A stretch of DNA of 47,467 bases from Candidatus Bathyarchaeota archaeon. GTDB lineage: Archaea > Thermoproteota > Bathyarchaeia > TCS64. Positions within the stretch are counted from its first letter, which is position 1. Each line of letters begins with the position of its first letter. Positions 8,454-18,604 of this stretch are shown one piece after another. Location: NCBI GenBank assembly GCA_037439685.1, contig JBBIVO010000001.1, forward strand, positions 39,033-86,499, read 5' to 3'. A program made the position numbers and the translations under genes. Below the pieces are notes generated by a model, which worked only from the letters and a program-made list of their open reading frames with translations, was not told the DNA's origin and did no database searches.

Positions 8454-8839
8454 GGTATGTAATAGACTCGTATGCATGGTTAGAATATTTTATGGGAACA
8501 AGGGCTGGAGAAAAGGTAAAACTCTTAATCGAGGGTTTGGATGAGAAGATAACACCAACAATTTGTCTCGCCGAAATATATGCTAAAACTTTAAGGGTGG
8601 GAGATGAGGAGTTGGCTGAAAAACAGAGAAGATTCATTAAAGAAAGAAGTGCTCTTGTTTTATTAGATGAAAAAATAGCCGTTGAATCGGCTAAAATTGA
8701 CTGCATAATGAAAAAGAAGATTGAGGGTTGGGGACTAGCTGACTCTATAGTGTACGCTACAGGATTAACAAAAAAAGCTGAAATAGTGACTGGAGATGAA
8801 CATTTTAAAAACCTTAAAAATGTGATTTTCATTAAATAA
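8450..8839 (+). CDS. vapC: PIN-domain ribonuclease toxin
   Basis: 129 aa with acidic PIN residues in the expected order (VIDS, LAEIY, LADS, TGDEHF). Confidence 0.8.
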   Translation: MRYVIDSYAWLEYFMGTRAGEKVKLLIEGLDEKITPTICLAEIYAKTLRVGDEELAEKQRRFIKERSALVLLDEKIAVESAKIDCIMKKKIEGWGLADSIVYATGLTKKAEIVTGDEHFKNLKNVIFIK

Positions 8840-8992
8840 GCTATCTGTGAACAGAGCTGGCCGGAAGGGCGCGACGTTCAATAGTTTTCACGCGTTTAAC
8901 TGTAGCTTTTCTTAAATGACAGTTACTTTGGCGGATAATCTTCTATGGATGGGCCTTCATGCTTGAAGGGTGCGGTAGGCTGCACACGATCA

Positions 8993-9256
8993 TCAGACCT
9001 GCATGGCTTGTTTTATCCATTTTTTGTATAGGGAGGCCTTCTCTGAGGGGTGCACATGGATCTCGAACGGGTCTCTTATTCCGGCTTTCCATAGTTCAAG
9101 GTGAACCTTGGTTGAGTTCAGCTTCGTGACTATGATGATGTCTATGTCACTTGAATAGTTGTACTTTTTCTCTGCAACCGAGCCGAAGATGAAGATTTCT
9201 GCTTTAGGATCCAATTCAATTACATTCTTCTTAATGGTTTCCAGGTTTTCCGCCAT
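8993..9256 (-). CDS. minimal nucleotidyltransferase (MNT) antitoxin
   Basis: The FGSVAEKKYNYSSDIDIIIV pattern (G-S ... D-x-D) is characteristic of MNT/pol-beta-type nucleotidyltransferases. Confidence 0.8.
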   Translation of the reverse strand: MAENLETIKKNVIELDPKAEIFIFGSVAEKKYNYSSDIDIIIVTKLNSTKVHLELWKAGIRDPFEIHVHPSEKASLYKKWIKQAMQV

Positions 9257-9301
9257 TTTTTGAAGGCTTCCCGCCTTTTAAGAGCTCTCTTAACCAGAAT
9301 C

Positions 9302-9690
9302 TCATGTGACATTTTTCATAATCTCCTTAACGGCCTTCTCCAGTTTCTCCACTTCCTGCACGGTGAATTCTCTCATAACATATCTGGATGTTATGTATGC
9401 ATCCTCTAGCAAACCTAGTTGCAACAAATAATTTTCTAAAACACTCTTCACAACAGGTTTTTGTTATCTGGAATCACATCTGAAATTATCTCCAGGAGAG
9501 TTCTAACCCTGTGCGTTCTCGGATAGTCGACACCCTCCGTCAGCAACCTTGCCTTCAAAAAAGCTGCAATGCCTGTTCGAGGCTGAAGGCTGCCTGATCG
9601 TAGAAGCCTCAACTTGTTTGGATATTCAGCGGTTTCCAAAAACTCTTTGACCTCTTAAGCAGATTCTCTTTCCTCCCTTCGAGTCGCCAT
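9302..9690 (-). pseudogene. HEPN-domain toxin gene, disrupted (in-frame TAA plus one frameshift)
   Basis: FLKARLLTEGVDYPRTHRVRTLLEI carries the R-x4-H HEPN motif. There is an in-frame TAA at 9655-9657. After the stop near 9448 the typical HEPN C-terminus (LEDAYITSRYVMREFTVQEVEKLEKAVKEIMKNVT) continues in another frame down to the TGA at 9302-9304. Confidence 0.6.
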
Positions 9691-10240
9691 ACCGCCTCTA
9701 CCCAGCATAAAATATCGACTCGACCAAGATATTTAAACTCGCTTCGAGCAGCATGGAACCCTGCTCCTCCACATGCATCTCAGGCCTTTCCAGATGCTCC
9801 ATCAGAAGTCTATGCTATCGGCGCGGGGGTCAGGTAATGGGCATGATTATATGGTTGGCTCATGTTCCTTGTTCCCGGTATTGGGTTTATGGACGCATCA
9901 TCATAAATGGAGTATATATCTTTATCTAAGGGGATGGACTATTGTTTTTAATCCTTCCGCCTCCACCATTTTGCCTAGTTTTCAACCCTAGGTTAAGATG
10001 GCACTGAACTCTTTATCTGATATCTCTACCATTGTCACTTGAAAAATCCCTTTCCTATCTGCTAGCTGGGCGAGGAGCCTTTCTGAGTAGTGTGTTCTAA
10101 ATTATTTCTAATTCTATGGATACCTTTATTGGATAAGCTTGAGAAAGGGAAAATATAAATTATTGGTCTCCTTAATTGAGATAGGAGCTAAGCCCATATA
10201 TTGTTCTTCTCTCGAAGCTCACGGCCGATGGTAGAAAACG

Positions 10241-10478
10241 GTGAAGGAGAAACCTGAAAGGATAAAGGAGGTGAATAGGGAGATAGGGGTCTTAGGAGCA
10301 AAGGTTATTTGTCAATATGCGGTGCTAGGCCCCTATGGCTTCGTTAATGTTGTCGAAGCGCCTGACACCGAGGCGGTTGCCCGCATCTCTGTGGAACTCG
10401 GATACCGCGGAACTGTTGATTATGAGCATGCTTGCCATACCGATAGAAGATTTCATATCAACGCTGGAGAAAAAATAA
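10241..10478 (+). pseudogene. GYD-domain protein gene, apparently degraded
   Basis: KEKPERIKEV...GPYGFVNVVEAPDTEAVARISVELGYRGTV matches the GYD core. The expected C-terminus (MLAIPIEDFISTLEKK, stop at 10476-10478) lies in a different frame. The N-terminal extension is interrupted by an in-frame TAG at 10232-10234, and there is no ATG. Confidence 0.45.
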
Positions 10479-10487
10479 GCATCCACC

Positions 10488-12404
10488 TCACTCCAATTTA
10501 TTTTCATGGTTTTCCCAAAATTGCTTAATTTCCGCCATCATGTCATCTTTATCAGATTTTATGATCTTAAAATTTCTTTGAACATAATCCGGCAGCAAAC
10601 TCATGAATTGTTTATATCTTTTATCGCCCAGTATGAATACTGCTCTATCCTCTTTTGATCTTAATGCTCTTCCAAGAGATTGAGATGCCCTCTTAATGGC
10701 GGGTAAAATGTATCCGTAAAATATGCCCTTCCTCTCACCATAGATTTTTTTGTAATACTCAAGATATTTCCTAGTTCTGAGGGTCATCTTGTCGAATGGT
10801 ACTCCAACTAGGTATATCCCCTCCAACTCCTTCCCGGGGAAGTCCGCCCCCTCGGCGTATCTCCCAGTCATGGTGGCGCATAGAACCCCCTTCTCTTCGC
10901 CATATGCGCACTCTTTAAACTCTTCTAGTATCTTTCTGCTGACCCTGCCGGAGATCCCCTGCCTCTCGATGAAGAGCCTTCTTCCATTCCCCTTTATGAC
11001 CTCCTCCAGCCCATGCCTCAGGAGGCTCTCCTGTATCCTGTAGCTCGCTGAGAAGACTGCGAGGTTTGTCTCTAGGCATCCTATAAAGCTGTTTATCGAG
11101 GATATGTAGGACTTGGCCATCTCCTCCTCGAGCTCCTCCCCCTCAGATGTCAGGTCCTCCGTTATTAGGGAGATGGAGCTCCTCTCATCGAAATTCGATG
11201 GGAAGGCCCTACCGGAATATTGGTCTAACCCTATCATCTCGGCGAAGGGGTCTATCGGCCTTATGGTTCCCGAGCAGAATATGCAGCGGTGGAACCTCCT
11301 CCAAACGTCCCTTAGGGTTTCGCTCGCCCTCATATCCCACATCTCCACCACGAGGTTCCTCCTCTTCTCCATCGAGGCTAGGAAGACGACTCCCTCGGTG
11401 TCTAGGTTTTTTAGGGCTGAGATCCAGAAGCCGCTCAGCCTGTAAAGGCTGGATCTTGGAGCCTTTCCATAGGCCATCCTTCTCCTCCTTAGATATGTGC
11501 CCATCCTCCTCATCCTCTGGATCATGTGGCTGAATGTCGCAGCGTCTTCGGCGCAGTGCTCTATGCATCCCTTCACATCGAACTCTGTCTCCTCTTCCTC
11601 CATGCTCCTAAGAGTCTTTACGAAGTATCTGTCCATATGGAGTAGGAGCTCCTTCAGGTCCTCATAGCCGGTGGGGTGGGCCTGGTTGAGCTCCCTGGAG
11701 GCGAACCTTAGGGTTCCCAGGGTAACCCTCTCGGAGTTCAGGTTTGAGCATGCCCTCTGGATGTTGTGGGCCTCGTCCACGACAAGGTAAGCCTCCCTGT
11801 AGCTTATCCATCTGCGCATGGCCCAGCCTATGGCCTCATCTAGTACGTAGTTGTAGCTCAGGGCCACGACATCCGCGTAGGGTATTAGGCTGGACTGGAG
11901 CATGTAGGGGCACACCTCCAACCTCTCGCAGTGCTTCAGGGTCTCCGAATAGAGCCTTGGGGCCTCTGTGAACCCTCTCAGAAGGGTCGATTGGATCCTT
12001 AGGAAGTTTAGACGGTATCTACAACCCTTATTGGACCTGCATAGGTAGGATACATCCTCATGCTCCAACTCTCCCCGGATCTTGAGGTCTCTAAGGAGGA
12101 GGCACATATCCCTCTTGCCCCTGAAGGAGATCCCGAAGATCCTCCTATCCCTCCCTTTCATCGCCTTAAGCTCCTCTATAGGCCTATCCGTCTCGGTTCC
12201 GGTGCGGACGGCCCATATCACCTGCCTGCCCTCCCTTTGGGCCAAGGGTAAGAGGGCGGCGAGGATTAGAGGCGTCTTCCCGAAGCCCGTTGGGGCATCC
12301 ACCAGAACATTTCCCCTCCTTACCTCCTTCCTGACGAAAGAGAGGAATTCGAGCTGCCCCTCCCTCAACTCGTATGGAAAATAGGTAAGAGGATCCTCGG
12401 ACAA
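10488..12404 (-). CDS. xpd: XPD/Rad3-family 5'-3' DNA helicase with 4Fe-4S cluster domain
   Basis: Walker A DAPTGFGKT and VVDEAHNI (DEAH box). Four Cys are spaced as in the XPD FeS domain (DMC, YLC, KGC, EVC). 638 aa. TTG start. Confidence 0.8.
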   Translation of the reverse strand: MSEDPLTYFPYELREGQLEFLSFVRKEVRRGNVLVDAPTGFGKTPLILAALLPLAQREGRQVIWAVRTGTETDRPIEELKAMKGRDRRIFGISFRGKRDMCLLLRDLKIRGELEHEDVSYLCRSNKGCRYRLNFLRIQSTLLRGFTEAPRLYSETLKHCERLEVCPYMLQSSLIPYADVVALSYNYVLDEAIGWAMRRWISYREAYLVVDEAHNIQRACSNLNSERVTLGTLRFASRELNQAHPTGYEDLKELLLHMDRYFVKTLRSMEEEETEFDVKGCIEHCAEDAATFSHMIQRMRRMGTYLRRRRMAYGKAPRSSLYRLSGFWISALKNLDTEGVVFLASMEKRRNLVVEMWDMRASETLRDVWRRFHRCIFCSGTIRPIDPFAEMIGLDQYSGRAFPSNFDERSSISLITEDLTSEGEELEEEMAKSYISSINSFIGCLETNLAVFSASYRIQESLLRHGLEEVIKGNGRRLFIERQGISGRVSRKILEEFKECAYGEEKGVLCATMTGRYAEGADFPGKELEGIYLVGVPFDKMTLRTRKYLEYYKKIYGERKGIFYGYILPAIKRASQSLGRALRSKEDRAVFILGDKRYKQFMSLLPDYVQRNFKIIKSDKDDMMAEIKQFWENHENKLE

Positions 12405-12734
12405 GACTGCAAAAGCTCTGATCGGGAGGATGATTATATATGTTTCTGAACCTTTTCATTATTAACATCACATAAAAATTACATGAAACTCTAATTGAAA
12501 ACACATTCATTTGTGCCGGGGATTTTATATCAAAAATGTTTTTAATCAAAATATTGATTAGAAATCAAGTTTTCTTATCTTAAATTCTATGTCATCATGA
12601 TAAGATGTTTTATAAGCTCCTCATACACTTTCAAATCAAAAACACTTTAATTTTAGATCATGAGTGGGTTGCCTCCCCCAACATTTATATCCCCTTCTCT
12701 CTTCCATGGTTTTACCAAGAGCGAGAGGGTTGGG

Positions 12735-15553
12735 ATGTCTAAGCCCTGGCATGCCGTGGAGATCGATGAGGTTATCGACGCACTTAGGGCTAGCCGAAGC
12801 GGCTTGACAAGCGAGGAGGCCTCCGAGAGGTTAAAGAGGTATGGATTTAACGAGATAATCAGGGTTAAGCGTAGAACAGCCCTTCACATGTTCCTCGACG
12901 AATTTAAGGACATATTCATACTGCTTCTCATAGCGGCGACGGCCTTCTCCGCCGTTATAGGATATTATGAGATGCTTCGCGGCGGGGAGTTCTTGGAGTC
13001 CTTGGCCGACGCCATCACGATAGGAGCCATAGTTCTCCTCTGCGCCGTGACGGGCTTCATCCAGGAGTATAGGGCCGAGAGGGCTGTTGAGGCCCTCAAG
13101 AGGCTTGCCGCCCCCAAGGCCAGAGTGATAAGGGACGGCTTGGAGGCCATCATACCCGCAAGGGAGGTGGTTCCAGGGGATATCCTAGCCCTGGAGGAGG
13201 GGGACCACGTTCCAGCCGATGCTCGCCTCATCGAGGTCGTTGAGCTCAGGGCCAATGAGGCGGTTTTGACGGGAGAATCAACCCCAGTCGAGAAGGCCTT
13301 GGCCCCCCTCGGTGAGGATACCCCTGTCTCCGAGAGGCGGAACATGGCCTTCTCAGCCACCCACATAGTATATGGGAGGGGGAAGGCCATCGTGACGGCG
13401 ACTGGCATGGAGACCGAGTTCGGCAAGATAGCGGAGATGGTCCAGACAGCGGAGGAGGAGGAGACCCCCCTAAAGAAGAAGCTGGACAGGTTCGCGAGCA
13501 GGATAGCCCGGGTCGTCGTAGCCGTCTGCGTTTTGATCTTCGCCCTCGAGGCCTTCGAGGTGGCCGTGCAGATGCGATTCGAGGCCGAGGGCTTCATCCA
13601 GGCCTTCATGTCCTCCATAGCCCTAGCCATCTCCGCCGTGCCCGAAGGGCTCCCAGCGATAGTGACCATAGCCCTAGCCCTTGGGGCAAGGGAGTTCGCG
13701 AAGAGGAACGCGATCGTTAGAAGGCTCTCCTCAGCCGAGAGCCTCGGCGCGGTGACGGTGATATGCTCGGATAAGACTGGGACCATAACGAAGGGGGAGA
13801 TGACCGTACGCCGCCTCTACTTGGACGGAGAGACCCTAGAGGTGACCGGAGTGGGCTACGAGCCTAAGGGAGATTTCATCCACGGCTCGAATACCAAGGG
13901 GACTGGAGACCTAGAGCTCCTTCTGATAATCGGATGCCTCTGCAACAACGCGAGCCTGAGGAGAGATGAGGGGAGGGGGTCTTGGGAGATCTTCGGAGAC
14001 CCGACCGAGGGGGCCCTCATAGTGGCCGCGGCGAAGGCTGGGCTTGAGAAGGAGGCCCTAGAGAAGACATACCAAAGGATTGGGGAGATCCCATTCACAT
14101 CTGAAAGGAAGAGGATGACGACAATCCATAAAAAATCAAATGGGGAAATATATGCTTTTATGAAGGGAGCACCTGAAATAGTATTGGAGAGATGTAGTTA
14201 TATAATTGAAAATGGTAAAGAGAAAAAATTAACTGAGAAGAAGAAAGAAGAAATAATAAAGGCAAATGAGAGGTTCGCAGAAGATGCCCTGAGGATCCTA
14301 TCCATGGCGTATAGGAGGCTTCCACCGGAGCTCGTGAGGTTCGATGAGAAGAGCGTTGAGAGTGGAATGGTCTTCGTGGGGCTTCAGGGGATGATCGACC
14401 CACCGAGGGAGGAGGCCATAGAGGCGAACAGGCTATGCCAGAGGGCCGGGATAAAGACGGTCATGATAACCGGGGACCACAAGCTGACGGCCGTCGCCGT
14501 GGCGAGAGAGGTGGGGATATTCAGGGAGGGGGACCTGGTCCTAACAGGGGCTGAGATGATGGCGATGAGCGAGGAGGAGTTCGAAGAGATGGTGGAGAGG
14601 GTGACCGTCTACGCGAGGGTCTCACCCGAGCACAAGCTGAGGATAGTGAATGCGCTGAAGAGGAGGGGGCACATAGTCGCCATGACGGGAGACGGGGTCA
14701 ACGACGCCCCAGCCGTTAAGGCCGCGGATGTGGGGTGGCCATGGGAATAACCGGCACTGACGTAACTAGGGAGGCATCCGACCTCATATTGACAGACGAC
14801 AACTTCGCCACCATAGTGAAGGCTGTGGAGCAGGGCAGAGCCATATACGACAATATAAGGAAATACGCCCGATTCCTCCTGGCCTGCAACTTCGACGAGC
14901 TCCTGGTCATAGGGAGCTTCGCCATACTGGGAGGGATCTTCGGAGCGGAGCTGTTCCCCCTCCCCCTCCTACCAGCCATGATCCTTTGGATAAACCTGGT
15001 GACGGACGGAGGCCCCGCCATAGCGCTGGCGACCGACCCCCCAGACGTGGATGTGATGGAGAGGCCTCCAAGAAGGCCAGAGGAGGGGATCCTCCACGGG
15101 ATGGGGGCCTTCATAATAACCTCCTTCCTGCTCCAGGCGACGGGGACGATCCTCGTCTTCTGCCTAGAGTACTACGTCTGGCCCTCCCACCCATGGAACC
15201 TCCCATGGGGGATAGATGAGGAGGCTAGGAGGCTCACCTATATGGAGGCCACGACGACGGCCTTCATCCAGGCAGCCATGTTCGAGCTGCTCGTGGTCTG
15301 GAACTGCCGCTCAGAGAGGCACAGCGTCTGGAGGATGGGGAGAAAGGCCTTCGAGAACAGGTTCTTCGTGATAGCCGTCCTGGCCTCCTCAGCCTTAACC
15401 CTTGGAATAACATATATACCGATAACCCAGAAACTATTCCACCTGACGGCCCTCAGCATCAGAGACCTAGCCTATGTCCTAGGCGTTGCGAGCTGGGGCC
15501 TCCTCGTCCTCCCCGAGCTCCTGATGGGGAGGAAGGTCTGGAGGTGGCACTAG
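12735..15553 (+). pseudogene. P-type cation-transporting ATPase (type II-like), split by a single frameshift at a G-run
   Basis: CSDKTGTITKGEM, TGDHK and MTGDGVNDAPAVKAADVG are followed by a frame change. VAMGITGTDVTREASDLILTDDNF continues in another frame from 14735. One missing G in the G4 run at 14732-14735 would restore the frame. The likely start is the MSKPWHAV ATG at 12735; the track ORF begins at 12660. Confidence 0.8.
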
Positions 15554-15656
15554 AACCACCATAAACAATTTTCAAAATCCTACGTGAATGTGGATCAAAC
15601 TCTCAAGATCCGATTAAAAATATAAGGATGTTCTCAAATAATTTTTATGACTTAAA

Positions 15657-18329
15657 ATGTGTTGGAAAAGGGCAGTTACTCTGTCCATCCTGGTCGGACT
15701 TGCCCTAACGATGAACGCGTGGGCTCAGGCGTTAACCCCAATTAAGGGAGCATCAGTCGTCGCTTCTGGAATGGAAGGCTATGGAATCGCTATAACGGGT
15801 GCGGACGGCCTCTTCAGGATATCTGAGGGGCTAGGGGAGGGGGTTTACACCGTGGCCGTTAGGGCGAAGGGCTATGTCTCGAGGGAGATTATGAATGTGG
15901 AGGTCAAGGCCGGAGAGCTCGATCTTGGAGTCATCTCGCTTGAGCCTTCAGGGATCATAAGCGGAGTTGTGGAGACTCCCGAAGGTAAACCTGCGCCATC
16001 GGTTCCCGTCACCCTGAAGGGGCAGGATGGGAGGGCTATAGAGCACACAACCTCTTCGAGCGATGGCTCCTTCATCTTTGACACGAATATCGTCAACGGA
16101 ACATATACGGTTGAGGCCTATGCCTACTCCTTCGAGGGGTTGGAGTACACTACTGTGAGCATGGGTTTCACACAGGTCCACATATTTTTGCCGAAGGGTG
16201 GAGCCCCATACCTTGAGGGCTACACGTCTGGGGTGGTCCAGGGCGTAAAGGCCATTCAGGGGGAGAAGGTCGAGGGGATACGCGTCAGGCTCGGCCTCTC
16301 CGGCATAATCTCCGGAAGGGTTATGGATCTCCAGGGCAACCCCATATCCAAAATTCTAGTACTCGCCTACCCGGCTGAGGGAGAAGGCCCATATGGCTTC
16401 ATATCAATAACTGGAGATGATGGGAGATACAGGATCGCCAATAACCTCGCGACGGGGAACTACAACGTGACCCTACTCTTTCCAAAGGGATATGTCTGGA
16501 GCTTCCTAGACGCCGAGAGGGTTCATGTAGAGGCCGGGAAGGAGACACCAAACGTCGATTTCAACCTCGAGAGGTCGGGGACGCTCTCTGGTGTCGTCCT
16601 TTACAGCGATAACCGACCGGCTGCTAACGCATCGGTGGTGGCAGGCTCGATGGATGGAAGATACTTCGGATTCACGGCATCAGACGTCGACGGAACCTTC
16701 AAGATAGAGTCAGGCCTTGGAACCGCCGCATATCAGGTGATGGCCTTCCTCGAGGCTTCCTTCAGCATGCCCGTCACCGTGCAGGTGAGAGCTGGAGACG
16801 AGACGAAGGATGTGAAGCTTATCATCACGGGGACTGGGAAGGGGATGGCGGCGATCGAGGGACGAGTGTTGGATGAAAGGGGCAACCCTCTGGGGGAGGT
16901 GCGGGTCTCATCCCTTGGGGTTTCGGAACAAACCGATGAGGATGGAAAGTACAGGCTGATTGTTCCCCTCCCAGAGGGAGTGGCCGCAACCAATGTGACC
17001 GTTGAGGCCTCAAAGACAGGTTACAAGAGAGCCTTCAGGGAGGATGTGAAGATATCTGTCGGGGAGACCGTCAAGGATGTCGACTTCAGTCTCGAAACCC
17101 TAAAGGTTGGCACCATAAGGGGAAGGGTCGTCGCAGCAGCTCCAGCGCCCCCTCCGAAGAAGACCGCCCACCTTTCGATAGTCCTCTCATCTGGAGCCGT
17201 AAAGGTGGGCGAGCCGGTGACGATAACTGGGACGATAACCCCGAGCCTATCGGGGGACGCCTCGATCCTTGTAGCCTCCGACACCGAGTTCAAGGAGATC
17301 GCAAAGGTAAGCATAAGGAATGGGGGCTTCACATATAGCTTCTACCCACCCAGCGTCGGAAGCTATAAAATAAAGGCTTCATGGCCTGGAGACCCAGAGT
17401 ATAACCCAGCCGAGTCCGCCACGTTGACCCTAAAGGTTGAGAGGATATCTCCAACGATATCAATATCGTCATCCAAGACCAAGGCAAACCTCGGCGAGAC
17501 GGTTAGGATCTCGGGCTCTATATCACCCTTCAAGAAGGCGACTGAGGTTATCATAGTGGTCTCGAGCCCAGCCGATGTTAAGGAGTATAAGGTCTCCTCA
17601 GAGGATGGGGAGTTCAAATATGACCTTAAGCTGGAGGCCAAGGGAACCTATAGGGTTAAGGCTAGGGTTCCCGAGGGCTCAACTTACAGCATGGCCGAAT
17701 CTGGCGAGGTCCAGATCACCGTTGAGGAGGTGAAGGCTGAGGAGAGGAGATGCATAATAGCAACGGCGACATTCGGCTCAGAGTTAACCCCAGAGGTTAA
17801 CTTCCTAAGATCCTTCAGGGACGGCCTTATCCTCTCAACCATGGCGGGAAGAGCATTCTACATGGCCTTCGATGCCTTCTACTACTCCTGGAGCACACCC
17901 GTCGCGGATCATATCGAGGCGAGTCCTGCCCTTAGGTACATTGCAAAGGCTCTGATCTATCCCCTTCTGGGCGCCCTCAAGTTGACAGCCGTGTCCTCCT
18001 CACCGATCTTCGAATTTAGCCCCGAGGCTGCCGCCATCCTCTCCGGATTCATAGCCTCCTCGCTCATAGGAGCCATCTATATATCACCCATACTAATAGC
18101 CGCCTCGCTCATAGCCAATAGGGGGTTCTCTCCAAGAAGCCCATCCATGAGGATCTTGAAACTCCTATGGCTCTCCGTTGCGGCATCTCTGACGTTCATA
18201 GTGATAGGGCTGGCCCTCAGAAGTAGCCCATTGCTCATAGCCTCGACATCAACCTATGTTCTTCTAATCATAGCCTCAACATCCACATCAATACTACGCC
18301 TGTTTAACACCTTGAAAAAAAGACAATAA
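15657..18329 (+). CDS. large secreted or surface protein with carboxypeptidase-regulatory-like repeats, two Ig-like modules, a Cys-containing CIIATATFGS...LRSFRD motif and a multi-TM tail
   Basis: N-terminal signal-like LSILVGLALTMNAWA. At least 5 repeats of the I-S/E-G-x-V-x-D-x-x-G-x-P ... DG-x-F/Y type. Two ~80-aa modules are similar to each other (VGEPVTITGTITP / LGETVRISGSISP). The Cys codon is at 17751, followed by about 190 mostly hydrophobic residues. Confidence 0.6.
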   Translation: MCWKRAVTLSILVGLALTMNAWAQALTPIKGASVVASGMEGYGIAITGADGLFRISEGLGEGVYTVAVRAKGYVSREIMNVEVKAGELDLGVISLEPSGIISGVVETPEGKPAPSVPVTLKGQDGRAIEHTTSSSDGSFIFDTNIVNGTYTVEAYAYSFEGLEYTTVSMGFTQVHIFLPKGGAPYLEGYTSGVVQGVKAIQGEKVEGIRVRLGLSGIISGRVMDLQGNPISKILVLAYPAEGEGPYGFISITGDDGRYRIANNLATGNYNVTLLFPKGYVWSFLDAERVHVEAGKETPNVDFNLERSGTLSGVVLYSDNRPAANASVVAGSMDGRYFGFTASDVDGTFKIESGLGTAAYQVMAFLEASFSMPVTVQVRAGDETKDVKLIITGTGKGMAAIEGRVLDERGNPLGEVRVSSLGVSEQTDEDGKYRLIVPLPEGVAATNVTVEASKTGYKRAFREDVKISVGETVKDVDFSLETLKVGTIRGRVVAAAPAPPPKKTAHLSIVLSSGAVKVGEPVTITGTITPSLSGDASILVASDTEFKEIAKVSIRNGGFTYSFYPPSVGSYKIKASWPGDPEYNPAESATLTLKVERISPTISISSSKTKANLGETVRISGSISPFKKATEVIIVVSSPADVKEYKVSSEDGEFKYDLKLEAKGTYRVKARVPEGSTYSMAESGEVQITVEEVKAEERRCIIATATFGSELTPEVNFLRSFRDGLILSTMAGRAFYMAFDAFYYSWSTPVADHIEASPALRYIAKALIYPLLGALKLTAVSSSPIFEFSPEAAAILSGFIASSLIGAIYISPILIAASLIANRGFSPRSPSMRILKLLWLSVAASLTFIVIGLALRSSPLLIASTSTYVLLIIASTSTSILRLFNTLKKRQ

Positions 18330-18344
18330 ATTAACTCGGCCACG

Positions 18345-18351
18345 TTTTTTT
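18345..18351 (+). terminator. oligo-T (T7) tract downstream of the surface-protein gene
   Basis: TTTTTTT lies 16 nt after the TAA stop at 18327-18329. Archaeal termination typically uses oligo-T tracts. Confidence 0.4.
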
Positions 18352-18538
18352 AATTAAACTCTACCACTTTGAAATAGGTGCCAGTTGATCCACGATTATC
18401 AATAGATAATATATTTAGAGAAATGGTTAACAGCTGCATTTTATTATCTATTTAGAGGTGGGAAAGAGAATAAATTACAAAAGATTATATTCTGGCCCTT
18501 CCATAATTCGATGATGGGTTCGAAAGCCTCGCCTCCCC

Positions 18539-18588
18539 GGAGGATAGGCCACATCTTCGTCTTGAGGAGGAGGATAGGCCACATCTTC
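18539..18588. repeat. two exact copies of a 20-bp motif GGAGGATAGGCCACATCTTC with 30-bp periodicity
   Basis: The copies lie at 18539-18558 and 18569-18588. The second ends 16 nt upstream of the ATG at 18605. Confidence 0.9.
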
Positions 18589-18604
18589 ACGCCGAGGGCT
18601 AGAT

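Noticed and set aside
9655-9657. Stop-codon reassignment as an explanation for the in-frame TAA codons here and at 28054-28056
   Set aside because: TAA, TAG and TGA all terminate well-supported genes at the expected protein ends. Examples are TAA for the PIG-L deacetylase and the surface protein, TAG for anmK, and TGA for murQ. The in-frame stops are better explained by mutation or error.
12965-13786. 273-aa antisense ORF inside the P-type ATPase gene, and similar long shadow ORFs (for example 4354..4809, 11147..11533, 14716..15114, 35699..36130, 44073..44597, 46378..46740)
   Set aside because: They lie opposite or out of frame to strongly supported genes in GC-rich DNA. Their translations are Ser/Pro/Arg/Ala-rich and lack motifs, which is typical of shadow ORFs.
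18539-18588. Possible mini-CRISPR array
   Set aside because: There are only two 20-bp repeats separated by a 10-bp spacer. No further repeats, cas genes or leader are present, so the spacing is incompatible with CRISPR.
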